Shown here one piece after another: positions 1 through 8,601 of a stretch of DNA of 24,931 bases. The notes under the pieces are model-generated. The model saw only the letters and a list, made by a program, of their open reading frames with translations, did no database searches and was not told where the DNA came from. The stretch is from IMG/VR virus record IMGVR_UViG_3300031683_000035, positions 1-24,931 of that record; one strand, 5' to 3'. How positions within the stretch are numbered: position 1 is the stretch's first letter; every line of letters starts with the position of its first letter. This DNA comes from a virus. Its lineage: Duplodnaviria; Caudoviricetes. Both the position numbers and the translations under genes were made by a program.

Positions 1-576
1 TATGCTCACCGCAGAACTACTGATTCCTGGGCAAACTTAGGTTCTAACTTCGGTATGCAAAACGGCTATATCGCCTTTTTTCTATCAAATGGTAACATAA
101 TTCTGAAAGATCCGAGTGATAATCTCTCTATGATTACCCAAGCTGGCACTCTCAGTTCCCTATCTAGTTCTTTTGGCCATCAGTCTCTAGGTACTATTTA
201 TTATAACGACTATGAATTTTGCTGGAACGTAGGAACAGATGAGTGGCTTCAAGCACTCCCGAATGCCCGATTCTGTAAATTTAAAATTAATCCTTCCACA
301 GGGCAATTTACACAATCAAATATTCTCTCTGTTAGTAGTCTTTCTGATGCTTCTTATGATGATCGTTTCAACCAGAAGCGCGGTCTGTGGTCACAGATGA
401 CCCCCGGCACAGTTAGTACTAGTAATGCAGCGTTTACGTTCGGTACAGAACACTCAAGCGGTGTCGGCTACGGAAGATCCAAATTGTTCTTTGTTGGCGG
501 TGATCAGGCTTCAAAACAAATCTTCGCCGCAACTTATGACATTGCAGGTTTAGTCGCTGCACTAACGTACCCATAA
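1..576 (+). CDS. C-terminal part of a probable tail fibre / receptor-binding protein (5'-truncated by the window)
   Basis: Frame 1 is open from base 1 (YAHRRTTDSWANLGSNFG) into the listed ORF 55..576, so the gene probably starts upstream. The protein is Ser/Gly/Thr/aromatic-rich and beta-like, and lies directly upstream of a tail assembly chaperone-like gene. Function is inferred from context. Confidence 0.55.
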   Translation, partial: YAHRRTTDSWANLGSNFGMQNGYIAFFLSNGNIILKDPSDNLSMITQAGTLSSLSSSFGHQSLGTIYYNDYEFCWNVGTDEWLQALPNARFCKFKINPSTGQFTQSNILSVSSLSDASYDDRFNQKRGLWSQMTPGTVSTSNAAFTFGTEHSSGVGYGRSKLFFVGGDQASKQIFAATYDIAGLVAALTYP

Positions 577-593
577 CAGATAGGAAGATATAA

Positions 594-815
594 ATGGCAT
601 TTTCATCAATGGCAAAACTTAGGACTGCGCGGGACGCAGCCTTAAACGCATCGGACTTTTACATGTTGCCTGACTATCAGGACAAGATGCCAGAGCTTCG
701 CTCTGTCGCAGTGGGTCTTTATCGGCAAGCCCTTCGGGACTTCCCAGCTACTCTTACAGCAGCGGAAGATGGCAGCTACGACCTGTCAGGTGTCGAGCTA
801 CCAGTGTTGGTATAA
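594..815 (+). CDS. Phage tail (fibre) assembly chaperone-like protein
   Basis: Motifs LRTARDAALNASDF..PD and YRQALRDFP match the LRxxRxxxLxxSD...YRQaLRDlP pattern of Phage_tail_APC-type chaperones. AGGAAG RBS upstream. Confidence 0.75.
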   Translation: MAFSSMAKLRTARDAALNASDFYMLPDYQDKMPELRSVAVGLYRQALRDFPATLTAAEDGSYDLSGVELPVLV

Positions 816-816
816 T
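808..816 (+). promoter_or_regulatory. Possible extended -10 promoter element (TGnTATAAT)
   Basis: TGGTATAAT overlaps the chaperone stop codon. No good -35 is visible, and it could be a coincidence of GTA-TAA-T. Confidence 0.3.
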
Positions 817-824
817 CATTGAAT

Positions 825-850
825 TGGGGCGCATACCCACTTGCGCCCTA
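825..850 (+). terminator. GC-rich stem-loop (weak terminator or mRNA-stabilising hairpin)
   Basis: TGGGGCGCA-tacccact-TGCGCCCTA, intergenic after the chaperone stop. No clean U-tract follows. Confidence 0.5.
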
Positions 851-881
851 CTAGCTTACTTGTTGAAAGATACGACAGACA

Positions 882-1073
882 ATGGACAAAAGAACAGTAG
901 CATCCGCGCATGAGCGTATTGATGGTCTTGAAAAGGAGGTGATCGCAATCCAAACTGAAGCAAGAATTCAGTTTAAGGATTTGTTTATCCGCGTCAAACG
1001 AATGGAAAGCATTATGCTGGCGGCGACAGGATCAATTATTGCTTTGCTCGTCGCAGTTCTTTTGAAAATGTGA
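882..1073 (+). CDS. Small coiled-coil protein with one C-terminal TM helix (XhlA/holin-like lysis-cassette protein)
   Basis: 63 aa with an amphipathic heptad N-terminus (HERIDGLEKEV) and a hydrophobic C-terminus (IMLAATGSIIALLVAVLL). First gene of the membrane-protein cluster before the endolysin. Confidence 0.6.
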   Translation: MDKRTVASAHERIDGLEKEVIAIQTEARIQFKDLFIRVKRMESIMLAATGSIIALLVAVLLKM

Positions 1074-1077
1074 AATC

Positions 1078-1557
1078 ATGGCAATTGTAGAAGTCTTAGC
1101 GTTAGCTGGAGCCGTTACAAAGATTGCGGGTAGCATTTCCGCTGCTGTTAAAGCGGGCAAGGATATGAATTCCCTTATGCCTAGTTTTGGTAAACTCGCC
1201 AAGCTTGAGGCTGATATTAACTTAGCGGAAACTGGAAAACACAAAGGCCCATTGGGTCGCCTCACGTCTAGCGAGGAGGAAGGGTTTGCGATTGCCCAGG
1301 CTAAGATGGCGCACAGAGATGCACAGAATTTGCTACGCGAAACGTGCCAACTTTATGGTCCGTCTGGAATGTGGGATTTAGTTGTGCGCGAAACTGCATC
1401 AGCACGGTTAAGGCAGAAAAAAGCTTTAGATGAAGAAGCCGCTAAACGTGATCGTATTTTCTATTTTTTAACGGTTGCAGCGGGTATTGTTGTGTTTGCG
1501 ATAGGAAGCGCAGGTTTAATCTGGGGCGCTGCAATACTAGCTGACAAGGTTAAATAA
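1078..1557 (+). CDS. Hypothetical membrane protein
   Basis: 159 aa with a hydrophobic/amphipathic N-terminus, a helical middle and a C-terminal TM segment (IFYFLTVAAGIVVFAIGSAGLIWGAAIL). TAATG overlap with the next gene. Confidence 0.65.
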   Translation: MAIVEVLALAGAVTKIAGSISAAVKAGKDMNSLMPSFGKLAKLEADINLAETGKHKGPLGRLTSSEEEGFAIAQAKMAHRDAQNLLRETCQLYGPSGMWDLVVRETASARLRQKKALDEEAAKRDRIFYFLTVAAGIVVFAIGSAGLIWGAAILADKVK

Positions 1558-1898
1558 TGAATACTAAATTCACACTTAGCGATTTAAATTCTGACGGTGT
1601 AATCGATGCTCAAGAATGGCAGAAACTTGCACTAGAAGATCGCTGGCGTCAAATCAACGACAATGACAGCAAGCGCGACATACAACGCCGTTTAACGGTG
1701 GCTTGTGCGTCAGGTATGCTTCTTTACCCGTTTGCAATTATAGGGGCTTCCTGGCTCGGATTAAACACTGCTGCAGCTTTGATTAGTGACATAGCAGCAG
1801 TGTACGTGGTGGCGGCATCTGGTGTTGTAGTCGGGTATTTTGGTTTTAATGCAATGGAGAGTAAAAATGCTGCAAGCACTGATAGGCCCGATAGCTGA
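1557..1898 (+). CDS. Two-TM membrane protein with an N-terminal EF-hand-like loop (holin/antiholin candidate)
   Basis: DLNSDGVIDAQE at aa 9-20, followed by two hydrophobic segments. Lies within the lysis cassette. Confidence 0.65.
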   Translation: MNTKFTLSDLNSDGVIDAQEWQKLALEDRWRQINDNDSKRDIQRRLTVACASGMLLYPFAIIGASWLGLNTAAALISDIAAVYVVAASGVVVGYFGFNAMESKNAASTDRPDS

Positions 1899-2259
1899 TT
1901 TAGCTGGAGGGTGGCTTAAAGGTAAGGCTAACGTTCAAGCAGCTTCTGCAAATTTGAAGCTAGTCGAGGCAGAAGCGAAAGCCACCATAATGAAATCCGC
2001 AGCAACATCAGAAGCGGATTGGGAAAAGATTATGGCGCAAGGAACGCAGAATTCGTGGAAAGACGAATATCTGGTTTTGTTATTTTCAATCCCCTTAATT
2101 CTAGCATTTTTGCCCTTTGAGTGGGCAGACCAGGCCGTATCAAATGGGTTTGCTGCACTCGATACGATGCCAAGTTGGTACTCATACACTCTGGGCGTAA
2201 TTGTCGCCAGTAGCTTTGCCGTAAGGTCTGCGACTAAGTTTTTTGGAGGTAAGAAATGA
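1867..2259 (+). CDS. Putative holin (GTA_holin_3TM-like)
   Basis: Probable start is ATG 1867 (GGAG RBS just upstream) rather than 1840. Contains SWKDEY followed by hydrophobic helices and a MPSWY...SFAVR pattern. ATGA overlap with the endolysin. Confidence 0.7.
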   Translation: MLQALIGPIADLAGGWLKGKANVQAASANLKLVEAEAKATIMKSAATSEADWEKIMAQGTQNSWKDEYLVLLFSIPLILAFLPFEWADQAVSNGFAALDTMPSWYSYTLGVIVASSFAVRSATKFFGGKK

Positions 2260-2801
2260 ATAAGAATTGGGAAGCATTTTTTGAAATGCTAATAAAGCAC
2301 GAAGGTGGTTTTACTGACGATCAACGCGACAAGGGAAACTCGCAGGGCGATGGACACGGTAATGTGGGAAGTACGATGCTGGGCGTCACTTCTTGGAATT
2401 GGGCTAAGTACACTGGAAAGCCAGCTCCGAAAGAAGTTATGCGTGAGCTAACATCTGATGACGTAAAGCCGCTTTACAAAAAGAACTATTGGGACGCCAT
2501 TCGTGCTGATGATTTACCGTCTGGTGTTGACATAAGTTGTGCAGACCTTTGTGTTAATGCGGGCCCAGGTCGAGCTGCTAAAGTTTTGCAACGCGCAGTG
2601 TCAACAACGGCTGACGGTTCTGTAGGCCCGCAAACGGTTTCGGCGACTTACGACTTTGATCCAATTTTTGTTCTTCAAAAGTATTATGATGGCCGTGAAG
2701 CATTTTATAGGAGCTTAGATGACTATAAAATTTACGGAAAAGGATGGTCTAGGCGCAATAGGGAAACGCTAGAGAAGGCTGTGGAATTAGTCGATGAATA
2801 A
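2256..2801 (+). CDS. Endolysin, glycoside hydrolase family 108 with C-terminal peptidoglycan-binding region
   Basis: N-terminal HEGG catalytic motif, T-x-x-G-V-T, YKKNYWD...LPSGVD...D..VNAG, ADGSVGPQT and C-terminal YGKGWSRR are all typical of GH108/PG_binding_3 lysins. GGAGG RBS. Confidence 0.9.
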   Translation: MNKNWEAFFEMLIKHEGGFTDDQRDKGNSQGDGHGNVGSTMLGVTSWNWAKYTGKPAPKEVMRELTSDDVKPLYKKNYWDAIRADDLPSGVDISCADLCVNAGPGRAAKVLQRAVSTTADGSVGPQTVSATYDFDPIFVLQKYYDGREAFYRSLDDYKIYGKGWSRRNRETLEKAVELVDE

Positions 2802-4374
2802 AGACAAACAATTTACTGAGCTTGGTCAAAAAATTGAGGCTGCAAAAAGGCAAAAGAAAGCTATTGAATGCAGAACTTCGTTTATCGACTTTGTAAAATA
2901 TACAATGCCAGACGCGGATGATCCAAACGATATTGATTTATCAATGTTTAAAGATGCAAAGCACCATAGAGCGCTGGCGAAGGTTTTGGAAAAAGTGGAA
3001 AAAGGTCACATACCGAGATTGATTGTATGTATGCCGCCCAGGCATGGTAAGTCTGAATTGATTAGCCGCCGGTTTGTTCCCTGGATACAAGGAAAAGATC
3101 CGTACCGCAGCGTTATCTTTGCCACGTACAACGAGGATTTTGCAAAAGATTTTGGGGCTGACGTGCGCAACATAATGTCTATGCCACAATATAAACACGT
3201 ATTTCCCAATCATAGCTTTCGCAAAGGTGGGGCGTCTAAGTCTCGTATCCAAATGGGTTCTGGTGGAATGTCTGTGTTTGTTGGTCGTGGGGGTTCAATA
3301 ACTGGACGTGGTGGCGATTTTGTCATTTTGGACGACCCAATCAAGGATAGCCTAGAAGCAAACAGTCCAGCCTTACGCGAACAGCTTTGGCAGTGGTTTA
3401 CACAGGTTTTGATGACACGTTTGATGACAGCATCAGCTTCTATTGTTATTGTGCAAACGCGATGGAACGAGGATGATCTGGTTGGGCGTCTGACTGATCC
3501 AACAAACCCACACTACACGGAGGAAGAGGCGTCCAAGTGGAAGATTATTAACCTCCCTGCCCTTGCTGAAGATGATGACCCTCTTGGGCGCGAACCTGGC
3601 GAACTGTTGTGGCCTGAGAGGTTTGACATGGAGTTTATGGAAGCGCAGCGACGCCTGGATCGTCGCGGCTTCAGCGCACTATATCAAGGTAAGCCTACAC
3701 CAGAAGACGGTGATTTGTTTCGGCGTGAACATCTTGTTTTCTACGACAAGGCAAAACTGCCAAAAGATTTACGGATTTATGCAGCCAGCGATCATGCTGT
3801 AGGAGTTGATAGAACCAGAAACGATGCAACGTGTTTGATGATTATTGGAGTAGACCAACAAGATGACATTTATGTTTTAGATTGCTGGTGGCAGAAGCAG
3901 CCGACAGATAAGGTAGTGGATGCTATGCTAGAATTAATTAGGAAGCACAAACCCCTGATATGGTGGGCAGAAAAAGGCCACATATCTAAGGCTATAGGGC
4001 CATTTTTGCGCAAGCGTATGGCAGAAGAAAGGGTTTACTGTCGCATAGAGGAAGTTACGCCGGTCGCCAATAAAGTCCAGCGAGCGCAAAGTATTCTGGG
4101 GCGCATGGCTATGAAAAAGGTTCAGTTGCCTAAAAACGCGCATTGGACGGGCGCAGCCGTAGATGAATTATTAAAGTTTCCACAAGGCCGACATGACGAT
4201 TTTGTAGATACTTTAGCTTGGATAGGCATGGGCCTCTCGCGCTTGGCAAGTCCAAGTGGTAAAATAACAAAAGAAAGCAGCTCACCAAAAGTCGGCACAC
4301 TGGCTTGGGTAAAGTGGGATTCTGCAATGAGAAGTAAACAAAATCGTATTGAAAATGCGACAGGAGGCTGGTGA
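2794..4374 (+). CDS. terL: Terminase large subunit
   Basis: Walker A MPPRHGKS, GGSITGRGGD, Walker B VILDDP, QTRW coupling motif, LYQGKP, and RNase H-like nuclease acidic motifs (ASDHA, HDDFVD). Confidence 0.95.
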   Translation: MNKDKQFTELGQKIEAAKRQKKAIECRTSFIDFVKYTMPDADDPNDIDLSMFKDAKHHRALAKVLEKVEKGHIPRLIVCMPPRHGKSELISRRFVPWIQGKDPYRSVIFATYNEDFAKDFGADVRNIMSMPQYKHVFPNHSFRKGGASKSRIQMGSGGMSVFVGRGGSITGRGGDFVILDDPIKDSLEANSPALREQLWQWFTQVLMTRLMTASASIVIVQTRWNEDDLVGRLTDPTNPHYTEEEASKWKIINLPALAEDDDPLGREPGELLWPERFDMEFMEAQRRLDRRGFSALYQGKPTPEDGDLFRREHLVFYDKAKLPKDLRIYAASDHAVGVDRTRNDATCLMIIGVDQQDDIYVLDCWWQKQPTDKVVDAMLELIRKHKPLIWWAEKGHISKAIGPFLRKRMAEERVYCRIEEVTPVANKVQRAQSILGRMAMKKVQLPKNAHWTGAAVDELLKFPQGRHDDFVDTLAWIGMGLSRLASPSGKITKESSSPKVGTLAWVKWDSAMRSKQNRIENATGGW

Positions 4375-6446
4375 TGGAAGAAGATTTCTTATTAAACGAG
4401 GACGGTTCTGAAGTAGTAGAAGAGCCTACTGAGCGCCGCAAAAGCCTTGTTACTCAGTGGCTTGCAAAGATAAAATCAGCTAAAACATTTCACGATAAGT
4501 CTTACAAGCAAATAAGACGTGATATGGACGCTACGCTGAAAGGGTTCGATGACAAGAATTGGTCAGAAGATCAGTATGTAGCAAATGTTTTAAACCGGCA
4601 CGTACAGCAAAGAACTGCGCAGTTATACGCAAAAAATCCAAAGGCCGTTGCCACGCGACGCGCACGAATGAATTATGAAGTTTGGGATGGCGATGCGGAC
4701 ACTCTAGCGGGTGCTTTTGCGGCTGCACAGCAAGCGCAAGAGCTGGGGATGCCTCCACCTCCGCCCGCTCAGGAAATTATACAAGATTATCAAAATGGTA
4801 CAAATCAATCTAAAATGCTCGATAACGTAGCTAAAACGTTAGAGCATTTGTTTGATTACTATATGAAAGAGCAGCAGCCAGCTTTTAAATCTCAAATGAA
4901 GGCTTTGGTTCGCCGCGTCGTAACAACTGGTGTTGGTTTTGTTAAGGTTGGTTTCCAGCGTGACGTTGACCGTTCGCCAGAAGTAGCCGCAAAAATATCT
5001 GACGTGCAGGCGCAAATCGACTTTTTAAGACGCGTTAGTGAAGGTGCGTCTGATGGCACTATAAAAGAAGACGATCCACAGATTGAAGAGCTAATGCTTT
5101 CAATGAATGCATTGATGAGCGAGCCAATGGTTATTATCCGCGAAGGCCTTGTATTTGATTTTCCAGAAGCAAACTCAATAATAGTTGATCCGATGTGCCG
5201 ACAGATGCGTGGATTTGTAGGCGCAGGATGGATCGCGCATGAGTTATTTTTAACTCCAGAAGAGGTTAAAGAAATCTATGACGTTGATTTAAAGAATGAT
5301 TACAAATCTTACGACATGAAAGGCCGTTTGACAGGGCCGTCTGACCCCTATCAGAACAAAGTAAGTTATGGTGATGTTAATGACGAAGATAGATCAAATG
5401 GTTTAGTCCAAATATATGAAGTGTATGATCGCAAAACAGGTCTACAATATTGTTTGGCTGATGGTTACAAAGACTTTTTGCGTGAGCCGATGGCTCCTGA
5501 CGTTAAAGTAGAAACGTTTTGGCCGGTATTTTCTCTAGTTTTTAATGAAGTAGAGCATCAAGATAATTTATATCCGCCAAGCGACATTACTTTACTGCTG
5601 CCGATGCAGCATGAATACAACCGCGCGAGGCAAGGTTTGCGTGAACATAGACGCGCTAATCGTCCAAAGTATGCGGTTCCTGCTGGCGTTTTAGAGGACG
5701 TGGATAAGGAAAAACTTTCAACGCACCCAGCAAACGCTATTCTCGAATTGCAGGCACTGGCTGCTGGTCAAAAGGTAAACGATGTAATTCAACCTATTGG
5801 TCAAATAGGAATTGACCCAAATTTGTATGAAGTAAGAACAATCTTCGACGACATACAACTAGTGGTTGGTGCGCAAGAAAGCAGCTTTGGAGGGTTATCG
5901 AAAGCAACGGCAACAGAAACATCGATTGCCGAAAGCGCACGGATGTCTAGCCTGGGCGCGAATGTGGACGAACTTGACAGCTTCATGTCAGAAATCACTA
6001 GAGCGGCTGGTCAAGTATTGCTGACTGAAATGTCCGTTGAAGAGGTAAAAAAGATAGCTGGTCCTGGGGCTGTGTGGCCCGAAATGACCCGCGACATGAT
6101 TATGGAAGAGGTTTACTTAGAGATCGAAGCTGGATCTACCGGCAAACCTAACCGAGCAGCCGAGTTGGCAAACATTGAGCGTATTATGCCGTTCTTGCTA
6201 CAGCTGCCAGGTCTCGATCCTAAATGGTTAGCTAAGGAGCTGTTAAAGCGTTTGGATGATAAGCTGGAACTGGAAGAGGCTTTTGCTGAACAGGTTCCTT
6301 CTATCGTTGCCATGAATTCACAACAAAGACCAGGAACAGGCGACCCTGCCTCTCAAGGACAGGGTGGTCAGCAAGGCGGTGGCGCACAAAACGCGCCGCA
6401 GCAACCACAGACTAGTGGGGGTAGACCTCCCATTGGTCAAATTTAA
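4374..6446 (+). CDS. Portal protein
   Basis: About 690 aa directly after TerL, with KATATE motif, EIEAGST and a Gln/Gly-rich C-terminal tail as in podovirus portals. ATG 4374 (TGATG overlap, GGAGG 6 nt upstream) is preferred over GTG 4371. Confidence 0.85.
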   Translation: MEEDFLLNEDGSEVVEEPTERRKSLVTQWLAKIKSAKTFHDKSYKQIRRDMDATLKGFDDKNWSEDQYVANVLNRHVQQRTAQLYAKNPKAVATRRARMNYEVWDGDADTLAGAFAAAQQAQELGMPPPPPAQEIIQDYQNGTNQSKMLDNVAKTLEHLFDYYMKEQQPAFKSQMKALVRRVVTTGVGFVKVGFQRDVDRSPEVAAKISDVQAQIDFLRRVSEGASDGTIKEDDPQIEELMLSMNALMSEPMVIIREGLVFDFPEANSIIVDPMCRQMRGFVGAGWIAHELFLTPEEVKEIYDVDLKNDYKSYDMKGRLTGPSDPYQNKVSYGDVNDEDRSNGLVQIYEVYDRKTGLQYCLADGYKDFLREPMAPDVKVETFWPVFSLVFNEVEHQDNLYPPSDITLLLPMQHEYNRARQGLREHRRANRPKYAVPAGVLEDVDKEKLSTHPANAILELQALAAGQKVNDVIQPIGQIGIDPNLYEVRTIFDDIQLVVGAQESSFGGLSKATATETSIAESARMSSLGANVDELDSFMSEITRAAGQVLLTEMSVEEVKKIAGPGAVWPEMTRDMIMEEVYLEIEAGSTGKPNRAAELANIERIMPFLLQLPGLDPKWLAKELLKRLDDKLELEEAFAEQVPSIVAMNSQQRPGTGDPASQGQGGQQGGGAQNAPQQPQTSGGRPPIGQI

Positions 6447-6459
6447 CATGCTCGATTTG

Positions 6460-6488
6460 TTGAAATATGCGATCGATCGAGTTACACT
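6460..6488 (+). promoter_or_regulatory. Sigma70-like promoter for the scaffold-capsid genes
   Basis: TTGAAA (6460-6465), a 17-bp spacer and TACACT (6483-6488). The spacer contains the palindrome CGATCGATCG (6470-6479), and a CAGC-GAAA-GCTG tetraloop hairpin (6497-6508) lies just downstream. Confidence 0.55.
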
Positions 6489-6530
6489 TTAACCAACAGC
6501 GAAAGCTGGAACCGATAAAGGACGCTAATA

Positions 6531-7481
6531 ATGGTCGATGAGACTGAGGTGTTGGAACCGTCCCCCGATACTGAAAACCAAACGGACGTAGAGGAAACGC
6601 TTTCGTCAAGCGTTGACAGCGAAACGGAAGCCGATCTGTTAAGTGTCGTACAAGACGCTATGCAGCCGACTGAAGAAACGGATTCGCAATCCGATGAGAG
6701 CGTAGAAGATGAACCTAGCGCGGAAGTTTCAGCCGAAGCAAGCGATGAGCTTGACGAAGCAAATGATGAAACTTTTGATGATGTCCCTTTTAATAAACAT
6801 CCGCGATTTAAGAAACTAATTGAAGAACGCAACGCATTCAAAGAGGATGCGGAACAGTATGGAAAAATTACTGGATTTTTAGACATAAACAATGTTTCGG
6901 CTGATGAAGCCGCACAGGGTTTGCAGATAATGGCCTTAATGAAAGGCGATCCAGTAGAGGCTCTAGCAGCTCTCAAACCTTACGTTCAGCAACTTTCTGA
7001 AGCTGCGGGCTATGTTATGCCCGATGATATTCAGAATAAAGTCAATGATGGTTTCCTAGACGAAGATGCGGGACGCGAACTAGCAAAGACGCGGGCTGAC
7101 GTTCAACGTGAGCGACAAATGCGCACTGACCTAGAGCAGCGTAACGAACAGCAACAATTTGCAGCCAACACAACAACAATGGCTGGAGCTGTTACTGATT
7201 GGGAAACTAAGACGCGCCAAAGTGATCCTGATTACGAACTCAAACAAGCAGAGATTGATGACCGTGTTCGTGTCCTCGTAAGTCAACGTGGCCGACCCAA
7301 CACGCCAGACATGGCGCTTTCAATGGCAAAAGAAGCCTACGATGGCGTTAATGAACGGTATGCAGGGCGGTTTACTAACAAACGAGGCATCAAACCAGCA
7401 TCTGGTGGAAAAATATCTGGAACACCAACGCCAGAACCAGCGAGCCTAATGGAGGCCGTTCAACAAGCGTTGAGTTCCTAA
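6531..7481 (+). CDS. Capsid scaffolding protein
   Basis: Lies between portal and capsid. Very acidic disordered N-terminus, VPFNKHPRFKKLIEERN motif and a coiled-coil body. Confidence 0.75.
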   Translation: MVDETEVLEPSPDTENQTDVEETLSSSVDSETEADLLSVVQDAMQPTEETDSQSDESVEDEPSAEVSAEASDELDEANDETFDDVPFNKHPRFKKLIEERNAFKEDAEQYGKITGFLDINNVSADEAAQGLQIMALMKGDPVEALAALKPYVQQLSEAAGYVMPDDIQNKVNDGFLDEDAGRELAKTRADVQRERQMRTDLEQRNEQQQFAANTTTMAGAVTDWETKTRQSDPDYELKQAEIDDRVRVLVSQRGRPNTPDMALSMAKEAYDGVNERYAGRFTNKRGIKPASGGKISGTPTPEPASLMEAVQQALSS

Positions 7482-7501
7482 CGTCCTAATGGAGAATAAA
7501 A

Positions 7502-8554
7502 ATGGCTTTTAGTTCAGCCGAACTTTCGAATATCGCAAATGCCGCGCTCGATTATTACATCGACAAAGGTAATGTTTACTCTCAATCGCTTCAAGACAAA
7601 CCTTTGCTCAAAGCCGTAGATGGCGGAGCAAAAACTTTCCCTGGTGGAAAAGGTGAATTGTCTGTTGCTGTGAAAGGTAACTACACAACAACCGTGGCTG
7701 GTTATACGCATAACGATACTGTTGCTTATGCTAATCCAGCAAACATCCAACGCGCTGCGTATGCTTGGAAAGAGCATCACGCTGGTATCTCGCTGACTAT
7801 GACCGAGCTGAAACGCGATGGTATTTCTGTAACTGACAGCACAACTTCGTCAGGTACGTCAAACCATTCTGGTCGTGACCAGCACGTTCTCGTCAACTTG
7901 TTTCAAGACAAGCTAGATGACATGATGGAAGGCTATAGCCGTGGAATGAACGATTTCCTCTATGGCGACGGCACTGGTGACGCGAATGCGATTGCTGGCA
8001 TTCAGTCAATCATCAAAGATGCACCAGCAACTTCTGGTTCAACTGTTGGTGGATTGTCCACGGTTACAAACACATGGTGGAGAAATCGCGCAAACGTGGC
8101 AATTACGACTTCTGCAACTGGTCAAGAACTGATCGAAACAATGCATAGCGAAATGCGTCAGCTAAAGCGTTTTGGCGGACGTCCTAATGTTGCTGTTTGT
8201 GGTTCCGCGTTCCTTGACCGTCTATCTGATGAGTTACGTCGTAACGGCAATTACTCGCAAACTGGTTTCTCAAAAGGCCAGAATATCAGCATGGGTGAAA
8301 TCAACTATAATGGGCTTACGTTTCAATATGACCCAGCACTAGATGATCTAACCATTTCGGGCAAAAATCCAGATAAGCGCTGCTATATTATGGATACGTC
8401 CAAATTGTGCATGTACTACATGGACGGCGAAAAGATGAAGCGCCACAGCCCAGCTCGTCCTGCCACGCAGTACGTTATGTATCGTGCGATTACTACAACC
8501 GCAGCCCTTTCAGCAACTCAGCTGAATTGCCACGGTGTTTACGAAATCTCATAA
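7502..8554 (+). CDS. Major capsid protein
   Basis: 350 aa after the scaffold, with a strong GGAG RBS and a hairpin after the stop. Sequence features LYGDGT..AIAGIQSII and GGLS...NTWWRN resemble HK97-fold podovirus capsids. Confidence 0.85.
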   Translation: MAFSSAELSNIANAALDYYIDKGNVYSQSLQDKPLLKAVDGGAKTFPGGKGELSVAVKGNYTTTVAGYTHNDTVAYANPANIQRAAYAWKEHHAGISLTMTELKRDGISVTDSTTSSGTSNHSGRDQHVLVNLFQDKLDDMMEGYSRGMNDFLYGDGTGDANAIAGIQSIIKDAPATSGSTVGGLSTVTNTWWRNRANVAITTSATGQELIETMHSEMRQLKRFGGRPNVAVCGSAFLDRLSDELRRNGNYSQTGFSKGQNISMGEINYNGLTFQYDPALDDLTISGKNPDKRCYIMDTSKLCMYYMDGEKMKRHSPARPATQYVMYRAITTTAALSATQLNCHGVYEIS

Positions 8555-8557
8555 ATT

Positions 8558-8584
8558 GAGTGGGGCGCTTTTGCGCCCCCTCTT
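8558..8584 (+). terminator. Stem-loop after the capsid gene (probable leaky terminator)
   Basis: GGGGCGC-TTTT-GCGCCCC (8562-8579), extendable by GAG/CTC. Only a short TCTT tail follows. Confidence 0.65.
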
Positions 8585-8601
8585 AACCTGGAAGGACTAA
8601 A

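Noticed and set aside
1-576. Diversity-generating retroelement target in the tail fibre
   Set aside because: No reverse transcriptase and no template/variable repeat pair with adenine-specific mismatches are visible in the window.
1840-1866. Longer holin start, or a lambda S-type dual-start motif
   Set aside because: ATG 1867 has the RBS. The upstream in-frame starts lack one and lie deeper inside the previous gene, so there is no support for a holin/antiholin dual start.
2298-2390. Extra loop (GNSQGDGHGNVG) in the endolysin as a novel feature
   Set aside because: Gly-rich insertions between the EGG motif and the TxxGI/V motif are a familiar variation in GH108 lysins.
2794-8554. Intein, intron or programmed frameshift in TerL, portal or capsid
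   Set aside because: Protein sizes are ordinary, no intein splice motifs were seen, and I found no convincing slippery site with an extended frame at the capsid 3' end.
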